A stretch of DNA of 35,165 bases. It comes from a virus. Shown piece after piece: positions 15,063 to 23,808 of the stretch (position 1 is the stretch's first letter; each line of letters opens with the position of its first letter). The notes below the pieces were generated by a model, which was not told where the DNA came from, made no database searches, and saw nothing but the letters and a program-made list of their open reading frames with translations. Position numbers and translations under genes: made by a program. The stretch is taken from the IMG/VR virus record IMGVR_UViG_3300045988_039817; one strand, 5' to 3'.

Positions 15063-15836
15063 TCAGGCAAACAAGCTGAGGACTTTGTTTTTTTCAGGGC
15101 TTCCTACGCCCTGCGGGTCTACGTTAGGGGTCGCGCCCGGTGCAGGAGCTGCGGCCATGTCGCGCAGCTGCGCGGCCAGGGTCTTCTGATACTGGAGACG
15201 CTGCTCCATTCCGGCGTTGACCTTCTGCAAGATCGCCGCCGCGCCGCTCATGTCGGCGTCCTCGTCCGCCAGCCGGTCTGCGAGGCCCAGCTCTACGCAC
15301 CGCTCTGCGGTCAGCCACGTCTCCGCGTCCATCATCCGAACCAGCTCATCCTCCGGCAGCTTGTCGCCCGCCTTTTGCAGGTAGGCTTGACGGCCCGCGG
15401 TGTTGATCACGTCCAGGTCGTCCGCCGCCTTCCGCAGCTCCGCGGCGTTGCCGCAGGCGAACATCCACATATTGTGGATCATCATCAGCGTGTTTCGCGG
15501 CATAATTACCTCGTCGCCCGCCATGGCGATCACCGACGCGATGGAGCAGGCAAAGCCGTCCACGTGTACCACCTTCCGCGCCGGGTGGCGCTTCAGCTGG
15601 TTGTAGATGGCCGTGCCCTCAAACACATCTCCGCCGTAGCTGTTGATGTAGATGTCGATGCGCTCCGCGTTCGGGTACTTAGCCAGCTCCTCCCGGAAAT
15701 GCTGGGCGCTGTTCTCGCTTTGGACGTAACGCCAGTTCTCCATGTCCAGCGTCATGCTCTCTACGTCGCCGTAAATGTAGAGCTCCAGCCCGCCGCCGTC
15801 GGCTGCCTGTTTCAGCTCCCAAAGTCTGTCTTTCAT
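15063..15836 (-). CDS. Head maturation protease (ClpP-like, S14)
   Basis: INSYGGDVFEGTAIYNQL and GFACSIASVIAMAGD motifs. Position between the portal and capsid genes. Confidence 0.9.
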   Translation of the reverse strand: MKDRLWELKQAADGGGLELYIYGDVESMTLDMENWRYVQSENSAQHFREELAKYPNAERIDIYINSYGGDVFEGTAIYNQLKRHPARKVVHVDGFACSIASVIAMAGDEVIMPRNTLMMIHNMWMFACGNAAELRKAADDLDVINTAGRQAYLQKAGDKLPEDELVRMMDAETWLTAERCVELGLADRLADEDADMSGAAAILQKVNAGMEQRLQYQKTLAAQLRDMAAAPAPGATPNVDPQGVGSPEKNKVLSLFA

Positions 15837-17017
15837 CCGTTGCCTCCTTCCGCGCCGCCCAGGGCGGTGGTCTCCGCGCCAAGCGCGGCAATGTTTTTGG
15901 TCATGTAGTGCTCATCCGCCCAGGGTTCAGGGATGGTCGGCAGCCCCGCCGAGCGGAGGACATCGTTAATGGTGAACGCACCCGAACCCACCAGCTTCTC
16001 CACGTTCGCCGCGTTGGCGAACATATCAAAGTGCCGAATAGAGCTGGTATCGACTCGGAGATAGTCGCCCGCCCGCATTCGGTCATAGCCGTAGCGCTTG
16101 CGGTTGATCTCCTCCTGCAGCTGATCACAGATGGGGTCGATGCAGCCGGTCAAGAAGCGCCCCTGGGCGTCTTCTGTCCCCTGGATGCTGCCGTCCACAA
16201 GCACGGCGGGGATTTGCAGGGCCTTTGCCGTAAAGCCAAGCACATCCTTCATCTGCGCCTGGATGTCTGCCAGCTCCACGTTGGCCTTACCGCCCTCGTT
16301 CGTATAGGCGTAGCCGTCGAACTCCGGCAGGATCGCGCCGTTGGAATCCAGGAACGTCTTTACTTGCTGCTCGATCATGCGGGAGAAGTTCTCCGTGAAA
16401 TCCTCCGCGCCGGAGGCCAGCTGACTCACGTGAACCTTCCAGTGCTGGCCCTTGTCCCACTCGTAACGCTTCATAGCCGCGCTGATGAGCCGCCAGTACG
16501 CACCGTACAGCCCGTCCAGCACAGGCTTGACGTTGATGTGGTTCAGTTTGAGGTGCAGCACTTCCCGCTCCCGAAACGTCTTCTCATAGCTGACGTCGCC
16601 CACCTGGACGTTGATGTACTCGTTCTGTCGGCTGGGATAGACTCCGTTCTGCAGCCAGGCATCCGCCACCACCAGGGCGTCGTAGCCCTCCCGCTGCCGG
16701 GTGCTGATCACCAGGGCCTCATTGTCCACCAGCAGCTTGGCCACCAGCTTGTGCAAAAACGCCGTAGAGTTCTGGTTGGCATTCGGCTCGACGTTCCACA
16801 GGTAATGTTCGCGCTCCCGAATTTCTTTGCTATCCCGGAAGGTACGAAACTCGCACCGCCCCACGGCATTGGCGATCATATTCGCGCAAATCCAGAAGCT
16901 CATGTCCCGCAGCTGGAACTCCTGCGCCGCTGCCAGCAGCTCCCGGCACGATACCTCCACCGTGGTGGGGGAGCGGGCCTTTCCGCCGGCAAGCCAATCC
17001 CAAAATTTGATACCCAT
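15833..17017 (-). CDS. Portal protein (HK97 family)
   Basis: ATG 17017 with GAGGAGG 5 nt upstream. Typical portal N-terminus and size. Follows TerL. Confidence 0.9.
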   Translation of the reverse strand: MGIKFWDWLAGGKARSPTTVEVSCRELLAAAQEFQLRDMSFWICANMIANAVGRCEFRTFRDSKEIREREHYLWNVEPNANQNSTAFLHKLVAKLLVDNEALVISTRQREGYDALVVADAWLQNGVYPSRQNEYINVQVGDVSYEKTFREREVLHLKLNHINVKPVLDGLYGAYWRLISAAMKRYEWDKGQHWKVHVSQLASGAEDFTENFSRMIEQQVKTFLDSNGAILPEFDGYAYTNEGGKANVELADIQAQMKDVLGFTAKALQIPAVLVDGSIQGTEDAQGRFLTGCIDPICDQLQEEINRKRYGYDRMRAGDYLRVDTSSIRHFDMFANAANVEKLVGSGAFTINDVLRSAGLPTIPEPWADEHYMTKNIAALGAETTALGGAEGGNG

Positions 17018-17027
17018 GCACACCTCC

Positions 17028-18704
17028 TCATAGCCTGATCGCGCCGATGGGCGGCAGCTTTACCGGTTCACCCGTGCCCAGCACCGGCTCTTCGGTCATA
17101 GATGCCGCCAGAGCCATGAACGGGTCCGTTTTCCGGCTCTTCGGTTCAATTTTGGCGTAGTAAAAATTGCCTGTATCCGTACCGGCCTTGCGGCCGCTGC
17201 GAACTCTCTTTGTGTTGTTCACCGCCCAGCGCAGAGGCGGGTTGTCGCCCCAGGTGAACAGATCCCGGTCAAAGCATTCCTGGATCACCGGGTCAACCTG
17301 CATAATGTCGCTGGGCCGCACCAGTTTTACCCGCGTCTTGTCCTTGGCGTCAAAGCCAATCGCCCGCATCGCGTCTCCAACAAGCGTCCAGCGGAAGTGA
17401 TCCATAGCCAGCTTCACGATGTTGTAGCGCCGCCCCATCTCCAGCAGATAGCCCGCCAGGAGCTTTGGGTCGATGCTCACATCATCCACCACCGTCAGAT
17501 GCCCCGCCTCAGCCCACGCCCGCCAGGGCGCGACCACCCGGTGCAGGGTCTTGCTTTGCAGGCATACCCACGAGTGGCTGATGTCAAACCGCTGCGCTCC
17601 GATGCGGAAGTGCAGGTTCACGCTGGCCCAGTCGCTGATCTCTGCGTAGTCGATGCCTGCCACGCAGGACTTGCCTCGCAGCTCCGGCAGCAGACGGTTG
17701 GTGGCCTGCACCTTGGCGTAGTCCGTCACGCTGATCTCCAGCTGTCCGGCGCGGATGCCCATCCGCTTCGTCAGAAAGTCTCCGTTCTGCTCCGGGTGCT
17801 CCAACCAGTCCTTGTACTCGTCCGCCACTTCCTGCTGGAGGTGCGGCGAGTACGCCAGGGATGGGTTAGCCATGTACCAGTTTTCCGGGTCATGAACCTG
17901 CTCCCGGTTTTCCAGGCAGCAAATGAACGGCAGGAAGCCGCCGTCATCCTCACCCTCAAACAAGATCCTGCGCCCCTGCGCCAGAAAGTCGTCCAGCGGC
18001 CCGTCCGACACATCACCGTTAGAGGTAAACATTCCGATGCGGGGCTGGGCCACCTTACCCAGGCCGGTAACAAAAACCTTGTAGTTGTTGTAGTTCTCAT
18101 AGGCATGGACTTCGTTGAAGATCACCTTGCCGGAGCGCATACCGTCCCGGCCCTTCGGGTTGTTGGTGCGGCCCTTCATTATGCCTTTGTTCTTCAGGCC
18201 CTGCACCATCTCCTTGGTGTGGTAGTAGTGCCTGCCGAGCTTCGCCTCCCATCTGGGAGACTCCAGCACGTCCGAGAGATCTTTCACCGGCGTCACCGCC
18301 TGCTCCTCGTTGTTGGCGCACACGTCCACGTTGTAGCGCTTCACCGGGTTATAGGGCGACAGCGCACACGCAGCATCGAACGCGATGAAGCCGTCCTTGC
18401 CCGCGCCGCGCCCCACCATACACAGCAGTTTCTTCCACCTGGGCTGGCCGTCGGCCCGATATGTGCAGTCCCACAGCGCCAGCAGGAATTCCTCCCAAGG
18501 GAAAAGCCGGTCGTAAGGGAAATACCTCAGCAGGCTCAGATACCGGCGTAGCTGATCCGTGTCCACCCGGAGATCCTCCTCGGCAAACACGCGGCGGATC
18601 AGCGACGCCAAGGCGTGCTGCTCCGGGCAGGCACGAGGCGTGTCCGCCTCCACCAGCTCGATGTACCGCAGTACCTCAACCGGAATGTCACAGCTCATCG
18701 TCAT
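17028..18704 (-). CDS. terL: Terminase large subunit
   Basis: Walker A GRGAGKDG. Terminase_1-type ATPase and nuclease organisation. Start 18704 or 18698, overlapping the TerS stop codon. Confidence 0.9.
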   Translation of the reverse strand: MTMSCDIPVEVLRYIELVEADTPRACPEQHALASLIRRVFAEEDLRVDTDQLRRYLSLLRYFPYDRLFPWEEFLLALWDCTYRADGQPRWKKLLCMVGRGAGKDGFIAFDAACALSPYNPVKRYNVDVCANNEEQAVTPVKDLSDVLESPRWEAKLGRHYYHTKEMVQGLKNKGIMKGRTNNPKGRDGMRSGKVIFNEVHAYENYNNYKVFVTGLGKVAQPRIGMFTSNGDVSDGPLDDFLAQGRRILFEGEDDGGFLPFICCLENREQVHDPENWYMANPSLAYSPHLQQEVADEYKDWLEHPEQNGDFLTKRMGIRAGQLEISVTDYAKVQATNRLLPELRGKSCVAGIDYAEISDWASVNLHFRIGAQRFDISHSWVCLQSKTLHRVVAPWRAWAEAGHLTVVDDVSIDPKLLAGYLLEMGRRYNIVKLAMDHFRWTLVGDAMRAIGFDAKDKTRVKLVRPSDIMQVDPVIQECFDRDLFTWGDNPPLRWAVNNTKRVRSGRKAGTDTGNFYYAKIEPKSRKTDPFMALAASMTEEPVLGTGEPVKLPPIGAIRL

Positions 18705-19296
18705 CGTCCCGCTGGCCGGAAGCCAACGCATCCTCCTTGAAGCCCAGGGTGGAGAAAATCGCCAGCATCTGCCGGGACACCTGGATCTCCAGCGACACGC
18801 TGCGGTTCTCCATCAGCCGCCCCCGGTCGTCCGTGACGGCCAGGCCGCGCCGGGCGATGTCGTCCCGCAGCTCCTGCCGCCTCACCCAGAAGTCCATATA
18901 CTCCTGCACCTTGTCCCGGTACACATCGCCGTCGAGATCCCTTTCGATCAGGTTCTGCAGCATCGACTGCCGGAGTTCCTTATAGGCGTCCGTCAGGCGG
19001 TAGTTCTTCCGCTTCTGCGGAGGCGCGTCATGACCCGCCCGCTGCGCCTCCAGATGCCGCGCCATGGACACGTTTTTCTTTGCTGCGGCGACCTGGTCGC
19101 GGCGCAGAGCAATGCGCCCCATCATAGCCAACCGGTCAAACGCGCTCCGGAAGTCCTCACCGTAGGTGTCCACGCACCAAGTATTCAGAGCTGCCTCATC
19201 ACAGCCAAACCAACCGCACAGCTCCTCCACAGAGCACTGCATACCGCATAAGCTCTCAAATTGCCGACGGTCCAGTTCCCGCTGATGCGCCATCAT
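18688..19296 (-). CDS. terS: Terminase small subunit (putative)
   Basis: Start at ATG 19296 (TAATG overlap with the methylase stop codon, AAGGAGGTG RBS). N-terminal HTH-like region. Position upstream of TerL. Confidence 0.65.
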   Translation of the reverse strand: MMAHQRELDRRQFESLCGMQCSVEELCGWFGCDEAALNTWCVDTYGEDFRSAFDRLAMMGRIALRRDQVAAAKKNVSMARHLEAQRAGHDAPPQKRKNYRLTDAYKELRQSMLQNLIERDLDGDVYRDKVQEYMDFWVRRQELRDDIARRGLAVTDDRGRLMENRSVSLEIQVSRQMLAIFSTLGFKEDALASGQRDDDDEL

Positions 19297-20000
19297 TACA
19301 CCTCCTTTTCGCTCAAACACACAGCCCTTCTGCCCGTGAACTTCTCCCACCGGTCAATGATGACATCCACGTATTTAGGATCAAGCTCCATGCAGTAAGC
19401 CCGTCGCCCGTTCTGCTCCGCTGCGATGATCGTTGTGCCGCTGCCAGCAAACAAGTCAAGCACTGCATCGCCTTCCCTGCTGGAGCACTGCATCTGATAG
19501 TCAAACAGCTTCACCGGCTTCATCGTCGGGTGCTCCGCAGATTTTACGAGCTTGTCAAAATTCAACACGGTCGTCTGCCGCCTATTTTTGAAAAAGTAGT
19601 GCTTGCCGCCCTTTGTCCAACCGTACAGACACGGCTGCGCTTCGTCGTCTGACTCGAGCTCACCATACAAGCAAGGCTCATGGCGCTGTTGAAAGTCAGA
19701 GCGACCCAGTACAAGCTGAGACTTTACCCATATCAAGCACTGGTGCAGAACCAGTCCCGAGTCTATGCATGCACCGCGAAAGTTGTAGCCCTCAGACTCG
19801 CCGTGCCAGACATAAAACGGTGCGGCAGGTTTCATGACCTTCGCTGCGGCGGAGAAAGCGGCGGTGAGAAAGCTCCTAAACGCTGCAGAGCTCATGTTAT
19901 CATTCGCCATCTTCCCGGCGGCGCCCTGATAGTCGACATTGTACGGGGGGTCGGTGAGCAGAAGATCCACCTGTGCCCCCCCCCACGAGCGCTTGTACAT
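19296..20000 (-). CDS. DNA methyltransferase domain (N6-A/N4-C, beta-class: TDPPYN then FAGSGTT); downstream half of the frameshifted ParB-methylase gene
   Basis: Motif IV LLLTDPPYN, motif I LDLFAGSGTT. Its reading frame continues upstream into the G9 tract at 19976-19984. Confidence 0.8.
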   Translation of the reverse strand: MYKRSWGGAQVDLLLTDPPYNVDYQGAAGKMANDNMSSAAFRSFLTAAFSAAAKVMKPAAPFYVWHGESEGYNFRGACIDSGLVLHQCLIWVKSQLVLGRSDFQQRHEPCLYGELESDDEAQPCLYGWTKGGKHYFFKNRRQTTVLNFDKLVKSAEHPTMKPVKLFDYQMQCSSREGDAVLDLFAGSGTTIIAAEQNGRRAYCMELDPKYVDVIIDRWEKFTGRRAVCLSEKEV

Positions 20001-20493
20001 CCTGCAGAGACGTGCTGTCTCCGCACATTAGGCGATGTCGACCCAGCTGGTATATCTCGCCCCGCTTACTCCGAGGCTCTGCGGGAGGAGTGGGACTATA
20101 GTCATCTTCAACGACCTCATCGTTTAATTGCGCCTGAAGCCCCCACTCGAAATCAAACGCCGACAGGTCCAGCTCCGGCAGCTCGGCGGCCAGCAGGTCG
20201 AGATCCCACGGACTCTCGTTGGTCTTGTTGTCCACAAGACGCAGGGCGTTCACCTGCTCCGGCGTCAGATTGTCCACGCAGACGCAGGGAACCTCAACCA
20301 TGCCCAGCTTCTCCGCCGCCAGGGCGCGGCAGTGGCCGATGACGATCACCCCGTCGGCGTCGACCACGACCGGCTGGACGAATCCGTACTGCCGGATACT
20401 CTCTGCCACGTTAGCCACCTGCACAGCGTCGTGCCTTTTGGCGTTGGCGCAATACGGCGTCAGCTCCGCCAACCGCCTATTTTCAATTCGCAT
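19900..20493 (-). CDS. ParB-like nuclease N-terminal domain; upstream half of the frameshifted ParB-methylase gene
   Basis: Start at ATG 20493 (AGGAGGTG RBS). LTPYCANAKRHDAVQVANVAESIRQYGFVQPVVVDADGVIVIGHCRALAAEKLG is a ParB/Srx-type domain. The frame leaves the methylase frame at the G9 tract. Confidence 0.75.
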   Translation of the reverse strand: MRIENRRLAELTPYCANAKRHDAVQVANVAESIRQYGFVQPVVVDADGVIVIGHCRALAAEKLGMVEVPCVCVDNLTPEQVNALRLVDNKTNESPWDLDLLAAELPELDLSAFDFEWGLQAQLNDEVVEDDYSPTPPAEPRSKRGEIYQLGRHRLMCGDSTSLQDVQALVGGGTGGSSAHRPPVQCRLSGRRREDGE

Positions 20494-20755
20494 AAGGCCA
20501 CCTCCTGTGCCCAATTCGGGCACCGACGTCTGCGGCTTTGCGGGACGGGCGGACAAGCCGCCCACCCCAGAAGAAGAGGAAAAGAGTATGTCTGGAGCGC
20601 ACCTGCCCCGCAAAACCGCAGATTTGTCAAAATTGCCTGGAGATCCTTGCGTCTGCGCGCCACGCGGCGACGCGCAGACGCGGAAATCGCTGCTTTGTCC
20701 TGGACCCGCCCGAGTAGCGAGCAGAGGACGCAGGCCGTTTTCTGAGGGGGGGGTA

Positions 20756-21103
20756 TCAATCCCACCGCTCGGCCGTCAACGGCGGTGCGCCAGGCGCATA
20801 TTGCCGCTGGCTCTCCGGGTGCAGCGCCTCGTGGCAGCTTTTGCACACAGACTCCAGCTGCCGCCGCTCTCCGTCGTAAACGGACAGGGCCAGATCAGGC
20901 CTGTCGCGCAAATGCTGCACGTGGTGGACAATCACCGCCTTCGCGTACCGGCCGCGCCGTTTGCACTCCTGGCACTCTTGGTTGTCCAGCCTCAGAACGT
21001 CGCGCCGTAGTGCGCGCCACTCAGGCCAGGAATAAAACTCATGCTCGTTGCCGCCGTCCAGCAGCGCCCTGAGCGCAGCCAAGCGCCCGTCAGAAATGCC
21101 CAT
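20756..21103 (-). CDS. HNH endonuclease
   Basis: Start at ATG 21103 (GGAGGG RBS). CQECKRRG...VHHVQHL...CKSCHEALH motif. Confidence 0.8.
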   Translation of the reverse strand: MGISDGRLAALRALLDGGNEHEFYSWPEWRALRRDVLRLDNQECQECKRRGRYAKAVIVHHVQHLRDRPDLALSVYDGERRQLESVCKSCHEALHPESQRQYAPGAPPLTAERWD

Positions 21104-21154
21104 ACACCCTCCATGCCAGGACCTGGCGCTCCGGCTCGTGGCTATCACCTCACG

Positions 21155-21224
21155 GCAAAACAAAAACGCCAGAGTCCATGACACAGCACCAACGTGTGGT
21201 ACTCGTTCATGGGCTCTGGCGTTT
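21155..21224 (-). terminator. Hairpin plus U-run at the early/late boundary
   Basis: Arms 21207-21224 and 21164-21181 form an 18-bp stem with 1 mismatch and a 25-nt loop. On the - strand it is followed by TTTTTGTTTTG. It overlaps the KTR stop codon. Confidence 0.55.
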
Positions 21225-21413
21225 AACGCTCTGGCCTCGTTCGATATGCAGGATGATCTCCGTTTTGCACGTCCGGCAATACACCGGCAGTCGGTCGGCC
21301 GTTGTGTCATCATCGACACGCAGCAGCCTATGATTGCGTCGGCACCTCGGGCAGGTCACCCACCCGTGTGTCCCTACGGGTAGTGTATCATGTTCTGCAC
21401 TTGTTCGCAACAC
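21207..21413 (-). CDS. Cysteine-rich KTR-family small protein
   Basis: WVTCPRCRRNHRLLRVDDDTTADRLPVYCRTCKTEII matches the Cys_rich_KTR pattern (CPxC...KT...LYCxxCK). GTG 21413 has AAGGAGG 5 nt upstream. The ORF-track start (TTG 21440) is also possible. Confidence 0.6.
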   Translation of the reverse strand: MLRTSAEHDTLPVGTHGWVTCPRCRRNHRLLRVDDDTTADRLPVYCRTCKTEIILHIERGQSVKRQSP

Positions 21414-21465
21414 TTTTTCCTCCTTTGGTGATTTGTTCAACTATATCACAAGTTACATTTACTAT

Positions 21466-22257
21466 TTAGTACTGACCAAGCCCGCCGCGGGACGGCATTC
21501 TATGGCCTTCGACAAGCGTCGGATGCAGCGGATCCTGCTCAATGTACCAGCCATACTGATAATGCCCAAATCCATTGTCTACGGTATAACGCCCGCAGGT
21601 GCGGCAATCCTCGGGGATGTCAATCCGACCCGTATCCGACCGAAAGTATTCCGGCTGCGGGAGCTGCTGGGACAAGCTCCTGGAGGCAACCCACGTCCGA
21701 GCATCGATGGGGATAATGATACCGTCGCTGCGTTCCTTGCAGTAATATCTCGCCGTGCGCCGGTACGAGTCGAAGCTGCCCAACAAAAGCGGCTGCGACC
21801 TCGTGATGTACCCCTGTGTCCAAAGATCCTCCATAACCACCGGAGGGAAATCGCTGTACCGCGCCGTTAGGTGCATATGATACCGATGATCCCCGTGACG
21901 GCCCTCGATCAGGTACACGTAGTCAGGCGTCACGCCGTCGTGGTGCTTCTTCAGCTGATAGAGCAGCCGCCGCCATCGCAGGCGCACCTCGCCAAAACTG
22001 TCCGGAAGATGCTCATCATCAAAGGTCAGCGTGTAACTCCACCCGTCGAAGCCAAACAGCGCCAGCAGCAGCTCCAGCCTGTCCATCCGTGTCCGGCAGA
22101 CGCCGGAGTCCCGCGGCGGGCGGAGGATTTTATTTTTCTCCGCCCGCTCATACGGGCTGTCGTACTGACTGAGCCGCGGCCGGACAGCACGCTGCTCTTT
22201 TACAAGAGGCCCTGCTCTCTGACGGACGCAAAGCCAACGTCCGCTGCCCTCTATCAT
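21466..22257 (-). CDS. HUH-superfamily rolling-circle replication initiator-like protein
   Basis: Three ordered motifs: SYTLTFDD (motif I), HRYHMHLTA (HUH) and ARYYCKE (YxxK). ATGA overlap with the upstream gene. Confidence 0.55.
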   Translation of the reverse strand: MIEGSGRWLCVRQRAGPLVKEQRAVRPRLSQYDSPYERAEKNKILRPPRDSGVCRTRMDRLELLLALFGFDGWSYTLTFDDEHLPDSFGEVRLRWRRLLYQLKKHHDGVTPDYVYLIEGRHGDHRYHMHLTARYSDFPPVVMEDLWTQGYITRSQPLLLGSFDSYRRTARYYCKERSDGIIIPIDARTWVASRSLSQQLPQPEYFRSDTGRIDIPEDCRTCGRYTVDNGFGHYQYGWYIEQDPLHPTLVEGHRMPSRGGLGQY

Positions 22258-22406
22258 GCAGACTCCTCCGCCAACAGTTCACGTTCCTCCAGCAATGCGA
22301 TGCTGATCGATATTGCTCGGTACACATCAGGCGGGATACTTGCCCCGGACGTGTCCAAGTATTTCCGCAAAACTGCAGCGGGTCGATCATCAGGTTTCAG
22401 TATCAT
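22254..22406 (-). CDS. Small hypothetical protein (50 aa)
   Basis: ATG 22406 in an ATGA overlap, GAGGTGGA RBS. No motif. Confidence 0.4.
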   Translation of the reverse strand: MILKPDDRPAAVLRKYLDTSGASIPPDVYRAISISIALLEERELLAEESA

Positions 22407-22672
22407 ATCAATTCCACCTCTACGTCGTATTCCTTCAGCATCTGCCGGATGTCTGACCAGGCGACATATCCCTCCGCCACGCACTCGGCAGCGTGGTTCA
22501 GCTCCGCGGCCAGCTGCTGCACATCATCCATAGGCGCGGCGTGCTTGTCGATCAGCACATACAGCATCAGCTCGATGCCCCGGTTTAGACCTTCCGCGAT
22601 GCCCGCGTCATAGGCCGCGTCCACGTCCCGCTGCGTCCGCGGCACCCGCCGCGGGTTCACCTTAGCCGCCAT
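22403..22672 (-). CDS. Hypothetical protein
   Basis: 89-aa ORF in the tightly packed early operon. Confidence 0.55.
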   Translation of the reverse strand: MAAKVNPRRVPRTQRDVDAAYDAGIAEGLNRGIELMLYVLIDKHAAPMDDVQQLAAELNHAAECVAEGYVAWSDIRQMLKEYDVEVELI

Positions 22673-22859
22673 CCCTATACATCATCACTTCCTGCCGGCC
22701 CACCGCGCTGGTGACTTGCTCCAGCCGTTCAGCAGCGACCCGCATGATGCGGCAGCCGTGAACAGAACAGTTATGCGCATAACCACAGCCCAGACAAGCA
22801 ATGCTCCCAGTCTTTACCTTTAGCCGCCGCAGCGCGGCCAACAGATCTTCGTCACGCAT
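22662..22859 (-). CDS. Small Cys/His-rich protein, member 3 of a three-member family
   Basis: MRDEDLLAALRRLK...CLGCGYAHNCSVHGC...AAERLEQ. Same N-terminal layout as 23499..23798 and 25225..25494. Confidence 0.5.
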   Translation of the reverse strand: MRDEDLLAALRRLKVKTGSIACLGCGYAHNCSVHGCRIMRVAAERLEQVTSAVGRQEVMMYRDGG

Positions 22860-23052
22860 GCTCGTCCTCCTCTTCCCTTGCTCCGCTCTCCACAAAGTTG
22901 CAGACTCTGGCCGCGCAGGAGAGGCACAGTTGTTTCTCCGCAGAAAATGGTGTCTTAAAATTCACAACGCCATAGTGATTGAAATCCAGATTTACGCCGT
23001 CAACCTCGTAGTCAATCTCGCGCCCGCACATATCACAGAACACTTTAACCAT
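22852..23052 (-). CDS. Small zinc-ribbon-like protein
   Basis: CDMCGREI ... CLSCAARVC (two CxxC pairs). ATG 23052 overlaps the preceding stop codon. Confidence 0.5.
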   Translation of the reverse strand: MVKVFCDMCGREIDYEVDGVNLDFNHYGVVNFKTPFSAEKQLCLSCAARVCNFVESGAREEEDEHA

Positions 23053-23521
23053 CAACCATCGCCTCCAATGCTTTCCCCGCCGCCTCGCGTGTCAGGAAAA
23101 CCGTCTTGCCGAATGAGATAGGGTTGACCCCATACTGTTCTCTTAATCCATCTACTGTAGAAAATACAATGGTCGTAACGCGGCTTCCAATGTTCACAAA
23201 TTCTATCACGCATTTGCGGGTGTGCCGCATCTCGTCAAGATTCGCCCACACTATATCGCCCACCTTGCACGGTAGCACCACCAGCCGACCGTCATTGTCG
23301 GCCTTAATCCATTCTTTAATCTTATCAAGACCGTTCTCATGTACCCACACTGCCAATTCTGCCGTTTCTTGTACGAGTTCCGGCGTCAGCCCCGTATCCT
23401 CGTAGTCTTTTAGCCGCCAATAAATCTCCATCGCGTGTTCTCTCACAGCGTTCCCGTCGATTATGCTCCTGCGGGTAGTGTGTTCATCCACCCGCACATC
23501 AGGTACAGTCAGTCGTTCCAT
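23045..23521 (-). CDS. Hypothetical protein (158 aa)
   Basis: ORF with an AAGGAGG RBS embedded in the 3' end of the preceding gene. Confidence 0.6.
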   Translation of the reverse strand: MERLTVPDVRVDEHTTRRSIIDGNAVREHAMEIYWRLKDYEDTGLTPELVQETAELAVWVHENGLDKIKEWIKADNDGRLVVLPCKVGDIVWANLDEMRHTRKCVIEFVNIGSRVTTIVFSTVDGLREQYGVNPISFGKTVFLTREAAGKALEAMVDG

Positions 23522-23798
23522 TGTTTCCCTCCTTCACCGCCACAGCCTTTGCCAGCTGTGCCATGCCCTGCTTCATGTCCTCTATCTGCTTATCCCGCCG
23601 CGCAATGGCGTCCTTCAGGCTGTCGTTGGCTTTCATCAGTGCCTCGATGTGCCGCTGCTGGTTCTCGATCAGGTCAGCGGCGGCGTGTGTTAGTGCGATG
23701 TGGCACTCTGTGTTAGTACGCAGTGGGCACGGCTTACACTCGTTAACATCGCAGTTCCCGCAGCACCGCAGCGCGGTCACGATCTCGTCTCTTGTCAT
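23499..23798 (-). CDS. Cys-rich N-terminus plus coiled-coil protein, intact member of the family
   Basis: ATG 23798 (GAGAGGAA RBS). MTRDEIVTALRCCGNCDVNECKPCPLRTNTEC followed by a heptad-like C-terminus. Confidence 0.55.
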   Translation of the reverse strand: MTRDEIVTALRCCGNCDVNECKPCPLRTNTECHIALTHAAADLIENQQRHIEALMKANDSLKDAIARRDKQIEDMKQGMAQLAKAVAVKEGNNGTTDCT

Positions 23799-23808
23799 GT
23801 CGTTCCTC

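Noticed and set aside
13465-15189. Very long + strand ORFs (for example 13465..15189 at 574 aa, 28954..30444 at 496 aa, 11274..12446, 15908..17038, 17397..18551, 5932..6942)
   Set aside because: They lie antisense to clearly recognisable structural or replication genes. Their translations are Arg/Gly/His/Pro-rich low-complexity strings with no motifs and no RBS. Such open antisense frames are expected in roughly 60% GC DNA.
20587-21010. + strand ORF starting at ATG 20587 (MSGAHLPRKTADL...), which has a GAGGAA-like RBS
   Set aside because: It runs antisense through the HNH gene, has Arg/Pro-rich composition and no motif. The apparent RBS lies in a purine-rich stretch of the intergenic region.
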